Source: Felis catus (taxonomy: Eukaryota). Taken from it: a stretch of DNA of 64,000 bases. Shown here piece after piece: positions 24,406-34,510 of this stretch. Position 1 is the first letter of the stretch. Each line of letters begins with the position of its first letter. Where the stretch lies: the NCBI RefSeq assembly GCF_018350175.1, contig NC_058368.1, forward strand, positions 88,040,001 through 88,104,000, in the 5' to 3' direction. Position numbers and translations under genes: made by a program. The notes beneath the pieces are model-generated. The model saw only the letters and a list, made by a program, of their open reading frames with translations. It was not told the DNA's origin and searched no databases.

Positions 24406-25549
24406 ACCCAAATGTACAGAGGTTCACTCAGATGTTTGTACAAGCACTAGGCGTGCACATTCACATCTGCACACAATTATAAACAAACACACTGGTGCAC
24501 ATGCACACACACTCTCGGGTACACAGACATGCACACCCAGCCCTCTGAGGCTGCCTTCTCCAACCCCCATCTAAGGCAGTGACTCTTCCCCCCCACCCCC
24601 ACCCCCCAGTTCGTTCTAACCTCAACTCTTCCAGTATATGTCCCTGCCCCGGACCACATCACCAGAGGCTGACACCCACAGCCCCACCCCACAGGAACCC
24701 AGGAAAGGGGTGGCAGAGGGGCCTCCACCTCTTCTCTTCCTGCCAGGAGGGTGCCCCAGAAGTGGAAAGAGGAAGAGCCCTTGGTGTGTGGTATTTAACA
24801 ACCAGCTCTAGGCGTGTGGGGGAACCTCACTGTAGGGTGTGCCAATTCCCGGGTGTATGTGTGCCCACCACGCCCATGACCGAGCGGAGGGGCCTGCATG
24901 GGGGACTCTTGGACTAGCTCTAACTCTGCACTGGGGCAGACCCTGCGGGAGGTGTGAGGAACGGCGCACTGCCCTGGGGGGCAAGCCCACAGGGTCAGAG
25001 CCCCAGAGATGAGATTTGCCCTGGAGAGAGGGCACATCAGAGCAGGCCCTCCAGACCCTCAGCTCAGGAGAGAATCGGGCCAGCAGGAGCTGTAGGGAGC
25101 AAGGCTCCTCTCCTCCATCCCCTGCGCACTGGGGGAGGCAGGCTGCTTTTGGGAGGGGGGCAGAGACTCACAGGCGGCACCCATCAGATTTAGGGTTCTC
25201 ACTGCTTGGGGGTTGTAGACTGGCGGAGGGGGCGTGCTGGAATGTCCCATGTGGTCGTGGGTTAGCGTGGGAGACCTGGTTGTGAACCCGTGTTAGCTGA
25301 ACATGACACAGATGGCTCCCTAGAGAATGTCACCGGCACGAGTGTGCACAGGGTTTGTACACACGCATATTCCCTTGCCTATCAACTGACAGGGTGGAGA
25401 TGCGCAAACATCCATAGCAGCAAACACACGCACCACGGTCCCACATTCCGTAAAAGATGCTGTGCTCCTGGAGAAGCGACCAGTGCCAGGTTGGGGACAA
25501 GAAAGGTGCCAGGGCACGTGCTTGGGCGGGAGAGCAAAGAGCCAATGAG

Positions 25550-25925
25550 TTGGGGTGCGCACGCCCACGCACGCACTGACTCGCAAAGCACGCACACACG
25601 CGCGCGCTCCATGCCCACAAGCACAAGCCCACGCAACGACACGCGCACACTGACGCACAAAGTATGCATGTGACCACGCCCACGCACCGATGCCCATAAA
25701 CATGTACGTGCGCACGCCCACGCGCGCACTGATGCGCAAAGCACGCACACGCGTGCGCCCCGGTGCCCACAAGTGGGAGCCCACGCACCGACACGCGCAC
25801 ACCGACGCACAAAGCACGCACGTGAGCATGCCTGCGCGCGCACTCATGCCCACAAGCACGCACATGCTCACGTACGCGCCCACACATGAGTTCACAGCCA
25901 CGCACACACACGCGCACACGTACAC
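25550..25925. repeat. Degenerate (CA/CG)n alternating purine-pyrimidine low-complexity tract
   Basis: Repeated gcacgcacac and cacgcgcac motifs, with an internal duplication at about 25559 and 25712. Confidence 0.85.
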
Positions 25926-26419
25926 AGTGAGGGAGCCGGAAGCACGTCGCAGGAGCGCCGTGTGTCGGAAGCTGCACCTCTCTGGGTGATAGCGGAATAA
26001 GGCAGTATTACAGATTGGACTCTACCGTCTAAACTAGACTATAAAATAAGTGTGAGTCAATACTGATATAAACGACTAAACGAATTAAAGTGGAAGAGAA
26101 GGGAGTTCTACACAGTTTATACAACCCATGCCACACGGCTCCCCATTCCTCGGCAGGGCCCTTCCAGAGAGCCGGCACCGCAAGAAGGGACGGACAGTGG
26201 ACACTGGCCCAAGTCCCCACCCCAGTGAGAGGCCGGTTTGTAGCACACGTGTAGACGCCCTGGTGCTCCGCAGAAAGCACCCAGGTAATGGAGAGACAAC
26301 AGGAAACAGTTGTAGAGGCGGCTACAGATACCTGACATCAACACAGTCAGGGGTGTGATCACAAGGGAACTGAGGGCTGGACCCGGCAGCGTGGACAAGG
26401 AGACCTGATGGCCACGAGC

Positions 26420-27460
26420 CACTGAGACCCTGGGGGCACGCTCAGGAGACAAATACCACCCGAGACCTTAAGGAGACCCTAAGAGATGACTAAATGTCAC
26501 ATGAGACCCTGCAGAAAAGTACATGCCAGGAGGGACCATGGGGGTGACCCTCAGGAGACAACCACGTGCCTGAGACCCTCAGGAGATGACCAGATATCAA
26601 CCACGTGCCTGAGACCCTGGGGTGGACCTTTGGGAGATGACCACATGCCTGAGACTCTGGGGGGGGGGGTTGGAGCTCAGGAGACAATCACATGCCTCCT
26701 GAGACCCTGAGCGAGGGGACCCTTGGGAGATGACCACATGCCTGAGACCCTGGGAGAGGGCCCTTGGGAGATGACCAGATGCCTCCTGATATCCTGGGGG
26801 AGGGCCCACGGGTGACGATCACATGCCTCCTGAGACCCAGGGGGGGACCTTTGGGAGACGACCAGATGCCTCCTGAGACCCTGCAGGGATGCTTGGGAGT
26901 CGACCAAATACCTCCCGAGACCCGGGATGGGGACCCTTGGGAGATGACCAGATACCTCCTGAGACCCTGCAAGGACCTTTGGGAGACGACCAGATGCCTC
27001 CTAAGACCCTGGAGGGACCTTTGGGAGACTACAGGATGCCTCCTGAGACCCTGCGGGGATGCTTGGGAGACAACCACATACCTCCCGAGACCGTGAGGGG
27101 ACCTTTGGGAGATGACCAGATGACTCTTGAGACCCTGCGGGGACTCTTGGGAGATGACCACATACCTCCTGAGACCCTGGGGGGACCCTTGGGAGATGAC
27201 CAGATGCTCCTGAGACCCTGGGGGGATCCTTGGGAGATGACCAGATGCTTCCTGAGACCCTGCGGGGATGCTTGGGAGACGACCACATGCCTCCTGAGAC
27301 CCTGTGAGGACCTTTGGGAGATGACCAGATGCCTCCTAAGACCCTGGGGGGACCTTTGGGAGACTACAGGATGCCTCCTGAGACCCTGCGGGGATGCTTG
27401 GGAGACGACCACATACCTCCCGAAACCCTGGGGGGACCCTTGAGAAACAATCACATGTCC
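26420..27460. repeat. 42-bp minisatellite in GJC2 intron 1, ~23 copies
   Basis: Unit 'cctcctgagaccctgcggggacctttgggagatgaccagatg'. It explains the 14-aa periodic ORFs (PPETLRGPLGDDQM). Confidence 0.95.
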
Positions 27461-30158
27461 CTGGGGGGCTGGAGGAGCTGGAGGGCAAATGCTCTGGTGC
27501 CCCTGGTGGACTCCAGGGCAGAAGAAGGACACAGAGAAAGAACGTGGACTTATGTTCATGACAGGGTAGTGACAGTGGTAGTGACACCGGTGCACTGATG
27601 AGAGAGAGGCTGTAAAATAACCACACTGCAGTACCTTCCTGCCCCATCAGTGGGAGCCCCCTTTCCCGGTGTGCCCCTCGCCCCACCTCTGGCAGGTATG
27701 TCTCTGAAGGCTGCAGGCAGGGAACAGGGACCTTGGCTGATGGCTTCCTAGGGCTGCAGGCCCAGGGAGGACCCTGACCCTAAGGAGGGGTGACCACCTG
27801 GGGGGTGTAGGGGTGCTGGTTTGCAGGGGGTTTTGCTCAGATTAGATGCCTCAGAGCAGGTGTGGGTGGGATCGCACTCAGCGGAATCCATCAGCAAGTG
27901 TTTGGGCTGGGTGTCAGGATCTGGGAGGGGACAGCAGTGGGGCTGGGGGAAGGGAGGACTTCGGAGGGAGGCTGGTGGGCTCTGCACTTCAAGCTCCTGT
28001 CACCCCTGGGTCTGGACAAAGGTCCTGGGAGTGGAGGGGGTGTGCAAGGGGCTGAGGGCCAGGGCCTGCCCAGCCATTTCCTTCCCATCCCTGACCCAGC
28101 TTCCTCCCAGGAGCCCCTCTCAGGGCAGGCGGGGCTTCCTCCCACTGAGGTGGGGCTGCCAGCACCACCTGGAACCTTTGGGAGGTTCCCCCCCCCCCCC
28201 CGCTGGAATGCTCAGCTGAGAATCACTGAATATGCAGTGGGACTCTTCCCTGGGGATCTTGGGGCTCCAGAGCCTAGCCCCTTCCTAAGCATGCCCAGCC
28301 CTGGGTGGCCCCTTGTTCATGTGACCACCTGCACGGCCCTGAATGCATTAGCTCAGAGCCCAGGGCCTCACCCAGCCGTGGGACTCACCCAAGGTCTCCC
28401 CCTGTCTGCTCTGAGGTTGTTCCACGCGGTTCTGTCCTGCATGTCCCTCCCTGGGCCCCTGGACCAGTGTCCTCGATGCCCCAGTCAGGTTCCACCTGGA
28501 CCACCTGGCCCAGAGGAAACTGCATACCCCTAGGCTGCCCAGTCCCCAAACCTGTGACCCTCTGCCACATTCATCTGCCCCCTGCAGCTCCCAAGGGTAC
28601 CACAGCCTCCCCGTCAGTGTGGACACTGGTCAGCCCCCAGGCTCCTCTCTGTCTCCCCTCACCAGGCCCTCCCCCAGGCTCCCCACCTCTGTCTCCCCTC
28701 CCCAGCTCCTCACCCAGGTGCCTCCTGTCTCCCTTCCTTGCCATCCCCTAGGTTCCCCTCTCCCTCCCCTCTCCAGCCCCCAGAGGTGCTACCTTCATGC
28801 CCCCTCCTGTTCCTCACTCCACCTATAGGTTCCACCCCCACAGCCCACCCTTGGGGTCACAGGCCCACAGGACTGGGTCCCAGGGAGCCCTGTGCACTCA
28901 GAATGAAGCCCCCACCCTCACAGGGTCCTAGGGCCTTCCTGATGCCCTCCTATCCAACTCAGCGCTAGTCCACATGCAGATGTCCACACGTGTTCACAGG
29001 TACACACACAAGCGTTAGCACACTCACCCACCTCACCCTCTGCTCACGCACACAAGCCCCTCCTCCAGACCCACCACATGGGTGCTCAGCAGAGGCAGGA
29101 TGCACTAGGGGAGCTTGGCCAGGCTGACGACAGCCCTCCTCTGCGGCCACAGTGCCTCCCCTCACCCCCCACCCCACCCCCCGCCACACTCCCAGCTCAG
29201 GACCCAGGGCCCCTCTGATTAGCTTCCCCTGCAACCCAGGAAGGGAGGGGTCCTCATCCCACAGGGGCTGTGCCTGGGGAGTGAGTCATGGTGATTCTGG
29301 GGCCACCACTGCGGAGAGGCCCGGAGAGAGCCCTGGGCTTGGGGAGCCGGCCAGGACCTCAAGGGCACCCCACTCTGGGATCCTCCAGACCTTCCCAGGC
29401 ACCGCCGACAAGGGCAGGAGGCCGCGCTCCCTCTACAGCCAGGTGGGTACCTCCACTTCCCTTCCCCCCTCTTCCCAGCTCCTGCCACCCTTCCCAGGTC
29501 CTGGATACCCCCTGCAGCCCCTCCTGTACAGACCCCATGCCCTACACCGTCGCTGCACCCACCTGCCCTCTCCGGATAAGCTTGCCACAGGCCTGGGCCA
29601 CTCCTGGCCTGGCATCCTGCCCAGGCCACCCGCCCTCTCCCCCATTCTCCCCTGGGCTGCCCAGACGACTCACTCACGACATCTCTGGCACACTGGGGGC
29701 CGCTTCTGGAGAACAGGGGTCTGGTCTGCCCTCGGTGACCCCTGGGGCCCCTGATGCCCAGCAGGCACCCGTGAGGACTTGTGGGAAAGAGGCCCCAGGC
29801 CAGGTCAGGAACGGTGTGCTGGGTGGACAGGTATACCCACCCGGGTGTGTCTGCCTCCCCAGCCTTCCTGAGCACACTGAGGCCCAAGGCCCAGCCTCTG
29901 GACACACTGCAGCTGCCTGGCTGGCGTGGGCCAGTGGGACCAGCGCCCTGAGGAGCCCCAGCTGCTGGGGAATGTCCGAAGAGCACCCCTTCCCTTCCTG
30001 CTCAGCAGCTGGCCTGCACAGCCCCTGGGGCTTCAGGTTCCCCCACCACAACGGAGGGCGGGCCCTGTCGGGAGAAGCGAGCCTGGGCCCACAGACAGGG
30101 TGCCTGGCGCTTTGCACCAGAGGGCTGCCCACACCTGGGCCCCTGGGCAGTGCCCTAC

Positions 30159-30327
30159 CTTTTCCAGGCCAGGAAATGTGAGTCCCTGAGCTCTTCCACC
30201 TGCCAGCCGGCCGGACACTGGCCCTCCCAGGGCATGTGCCTGGACGAGTCGTGGGCCCGACCCAGAGCCACCTCTCACCACCAAGCACAATGCGGGAGGA
30301 GGGCCTTCAAGGGCTCCATTGTTCCCC
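30159..30327 (-). other. GJC2: GJC2 non-coding first exon (5' boundary approximate)
   Basis: Sense sequence 'ggggaacaatgg...cattgtgcttggtggtgagaggtggc...cctggcctggaaaag|gtaggg' matches my recollection of the human GJC2 mRNA leader. Good splice donor at 30158. Confidence 0.8.
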
Positions 30328-30358
30328 CCAAGGCCTGGGGTCTGAATCCCCGATTGTC
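30286..30358. promoter_or_regulatory. Cluster of SOX (SOX10-type) sites at the GJC2 promoter
   Basis: CACAATG 30286-30292, CATTGTT 30317-30323 and GATTGTC 30352-30358. SOX10 control of GJC2 is established knowledge. Confidence 0.75.
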
Positions 30359-31289
30359 CCTGGGGCTGGACAGGGCCCAGAAAGGGAAGGGGCCTCCCCT
30401 ACTTGCCCCCCCTTCCTCTGCACATCAGCCTGGCCCCGCCTCACCTGCCTTCAGGCCTGGGGTGGGGGTGTCCAGTAGCCCTCAGATTCAGGCCAGGCCC
30501 CCACCTGCCCTTCTCTCTGCACCTGGGCTTTGGGACAGAGTCCAGCCTCCCTGTCCACTCCCTGCCACCTCAAGTCTGTGTCCATTGTCTGGGTCCCACC
30601 ATAGAAGCATGGCATAGGCACGGACAAGGGCTAGGGGACAGCAGCTCTCCTGTCCAGCACAGCAAAGCCACAGCAGCCCTGACTCGAGAAGGGTGGCTTC
30701 TACAGGTGTCTTGTGAGACTCCGGGAATCTGGGAACCCCAACAGGAGCCCCCAGGGGTCCTCCCTGTGCTGGCCTTTCTGGGCCCAGCGGACCACGCACG
30801 AGGTGGAGGGGAGCCCTAGGCCTAAACAGGCCCCCAGGATGCAGGGTTCTAGCTCCCTCCTGCATCAGATCCTGGGCCACCACTGCAGCCCAGCTCAGGG
30901 ACCAGGACAGGAGGGGCTCAGGCAGGAAGAGCCCCAGGTCCTACTGCCCACAGCCTCAGGGCACCTCCACCAGGCAATGCTCTCCAGTGGCCTCATCTAC
31001 TCCATGAGGGCCCCACCCTCATCTACTCCATGAGGGCCCCACCCAGCGCCCAAGACTGACCTCCCTGACCTAAGGGAGGGGCAAAGGAAGCCCCAGGGAG
31101 GCAGTGCGCAGGGAAGCTGGGGGTGGGCTGCCCAGAGCAGCAGACACCAGAAAGAACTGAACCGCTAACCTCCTGCACTGAGGGGGCAGCCAGGAGTCGG
31201 GGTCTGTGATGGACAGCATGGTCCAGTCCCCAACACCCTGGCTTGAAGATGGCAACCCACAGGCTCAGGGACATGGTTACACAGCAGTT

Positions 31290-31295
31290 TTTATT
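31290..31295 (-). terminator. GUK1 polyadenylation signal (AATAAA)
   Basis: tttatt on the plus strand, 135 nt after the GUK1 stop. Confidence 0.8.
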
Positions 31296-31429
31296 AGGAC
31301 ATGGGCCTGGCTCCCATAGGAGGGGGAAAGGGGAGGCCAGGGTCCCCCAGACACAGCAGTCTGGGGGGAGGAGGTGCTGGCTGATGTGAGCGGAGTCCCC
31401 ATCGGGGAGGACACAACTGGCAGTCCCTC

Positions 31430-34400
31430 TCAGGAGTGGCTGGTCCTTTGGGCCTTCTTGATTTCCTGCCACAGGGAGAGAAGGGCATCAGGAGGGCCCA
31501 GGGGATAGGCCACATTGTCTGTCCCAGCCCCTCTCCCTGCATGCACTACAGAGAAGTCCTGACCCTGCAGAGCCCACCTCGGACAGTGCCTCCTCCAGAG
31601 CCTGATAGGCCTTGTCCAGGTTGTCATTGATGATGATCAGGTCGAACAGGCCCTGCTCCTTGCCTGGGGAGGGGGAAAGAGGGAGGGCAGGGTCATCTCT
31701 GGTGACCAGGGACCCTGGGGGTCTCCCTGGTGGGTGAGGAGCCTGGGGGGACGGCAGGTGGCCAGTGCCCACACTCACAGCTCTCCATGTCAACACGAGC
31801 AGCAGCCAGCCGCTTAGCCAGGCTCTCCTCAGTCTCTGTGTTCCGCTGCCGCAGTCGCTGCTCCTGAGGCACAGGGGAGGGTCAGGGTGCCTGGGCGGGC
31901 CCTGCCCCCAGCCCCGCCCCCCCCACCCCAGCCCGGGCCCACCCCCCACCAGAACGTCCAGCGAGGGCGGCTGCACAAAGATGTAGATGGGCCGCAGATC
32001 GGTCTTCTTGATGTTACGCACGCCTTGCAGGTCCACGTCCAGCACGCAGATGCGGTTCATGGCCTGCACGGCCCGCACCGCTGCTTTGCTGGAGGACAGA
32101 GTGGGGAGGACAGAGGGGCGGCAAACGCTCAGTGGGGCTTCTGGGGCTCAGCAGCCCCTCATGGCCTCAAGGAGCCTCAGCAGGGCATGGGCCTGGCCGG
32201 ACATGAGTGCAGAAACCTACCAGGACCCCTGCACCTCCTCCACCTTTCTGGAAGTACACGTGTGCTGGGCCCTCTGCTGGGCTGAGGGTGGCTGTGGGAA
32301 GTGGCAGGAGGGCTCACTGCACAGCCCCAGGGCACCAGGCACCCACCCAACACAGCCCCACTGTCCTGTCCAGCTGTACCTAGAGCCTAGGATGGAGCAA
32401 GATGGGTCTCATAGGGTCTCTGGCTCACCCTTGCCAGCGGCTCACGAACAGGATGTGCACACAGGCTAACGTAGGCCTCTCAGCCGGGTGGGAAGAGCTG
32501 GCAGAGAAGTATTGGGGACTGGGGGGCACCCCCATGCCAGCCCACTGCTGGGAGAGCAAGCTGAGTACAGCCTGTGGTCCTAGAAGACCCAGATTGCTGG
32601 AGTCCTCATTGAGCGCCAGTCCCTAGAGGAGCCCGCGGACCTCACCATGGCTTGGCCAGGTGGACAGAGGTGGCTGGGAGGAGGGGCCTGCAGAGCTCGA
32701 CCCCTGGCTGGGCTGGGGACCTGACTCCCAACTGCCCAAACGACCCTCAGAGGTCCTGTCCAGCTGAAGGCAGAGCCCCTGGGAGGGTGTGGAGGTGCCA
32801 AGTGTGGCCCACCTGGTCCCGTACAGGTTCCCCGAGAACTCCGCGTGCTCAATGAAGTCACCAGCCGCAATGTCCCGCTGCATCATCTCCCTGGTCACAA
32901 AATAGTAATCTGCAAGGAGGGGCTATCTGAGCCTTGCCCATGGCCAGACCACCAGGAGCTTGGGCACCAAGTGTGGCCAGAACCAGCATCTCCGGTGCAC
33001 CCGTCCGCCCCACACAGAGGGGCTGTTCTAGGCGCTGAGCAGAACACACACATGACACCGAGGAGAGCCTGGAAACCACTGGCTTCCAAAGGAAGGCTAG
33101 AGGGAGCCTGGACACTGCTGGCCTCAGAAGGGGGGCCTGGACACTGCCGGCCTGGGCAGGGGGGCCTAGACACTGCCGGCCTGGGCAAGGGGGCCTGGAC
33201 ACTGCCGACCTGGACAGGGGATCCTGGACACTGCTGACCTGAGCAGGGGGGCCTGGACACTGCCAGCCTGGGCAGGGGGGCCTAGACACTGCTGGCCTGG
33301 GCAGGGGGGCCTAGACACTGCCGGCCTGGGCAGGGGGGCCTGGACACTGCCGACCTGGACAGGGGATCCTGGACACTACCGGCCTGGACAGGGGAGGTTC
33401 AGGGGACTCCCATGATCCTACTAAGACACAGAAGATACCTGCAGTATCAGAGGGACCCTGATGGTACACAACTGTGATGTCTACATCAATCAGAGGACCA
33501 TGTGTGGAGTGGCATGTGTGTCAAGACTGGTGCCTTCAGGGACCTTATGCAGAGATGGGGGCCCCCACCCCGTCTCTTCCTGGGTGCCAGCATGCTGCCT
33601 GCCCACCCTGTGCGGGGGTCCATCTCTCAGATAAGACAGACGCCAAGGGGTGAGCTCACCTTTCCCATTCTCTTCTCCAGGCCGTGGGTCCCTCGTGGTG
33701 TCTAGGAACAAACACCTATGACCAATCTGGGAACCTGGTGCCCCTACACCCATGCATGGCCTTCTCTGCAGGGCCTGGCTCAGCCCACGAGTGGGTGTGG
33801 GGGCCCCAGGTAAGGGGGTACAGTGTGGGGATCTGGGTGGTGTGGGGCTCCCCCACGGGTGGGTCAGGAGGTGGCCTGGTCCTACCCCCAGCATCCCTGA
33901 AACCCTCCTGCCCCCTGCCCCTGCAACCCAGGCCTCACGGGACACGCTGAAGCCGAAGATGCTGCCGTGTTCCTGCAGGAGTCTCTTCAGCAGGGTGCTC
34001 TTCCCCGCCCCCGATGGTCCACTCAGGACGACAGGCCTTGGTCCTGACATTCCTGTGGGTGAGGAAGAGGGGATCAGTGAGGCCTGAGGGATGTACCCAG
34101 AACTGGAAGTGGGCGGGGTGCCTGGTGCCCCCGCTACCCTGTGTGAAGTCAGCCGGGGACTGGGACGGAGCTGGACTTGGAACCCAGCGCCAACCTAGCT
34201 GTGCCTCACCCGGGGCTAGCTGGTGTCACACACATCAGCCACAGATGTGAGTTCCCTGGCCATGCTGTCCTGGACTTTGGAGCCTGGGAGGGTCCCCATC
34301 CCTGTGTCTCCAGGCACCACACCCAAGACAGCCTCGGTCAGTAAGCAGCACCTGAGCCCTGTTCTGGAAGCTTCCAGTGGGACGTGGGAACCCAAGGGAC

Positions 34401-34468
34401 CACAGCTTCCTCACCCCTCCGATGCTTGGGCAGGTGGACCACCCCTAGCACTAGCACTTGGCTCAAGA

Positions 34469-34510
<42 letters not shown>

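Noticed and set aside
25290-25989. Cys/Val/Ala- and His/Thr-rich ORFs
   Set aside because: Translations of the (CA/CG)n low-complexity tract.
26688-27686. Periodic ORFs (PPETLRGPLGDDQM; SQGSPQGLRRH)
   Set aside because: A by-product of the 42-bp unit length. They are intronic and shift frame at irregular units.
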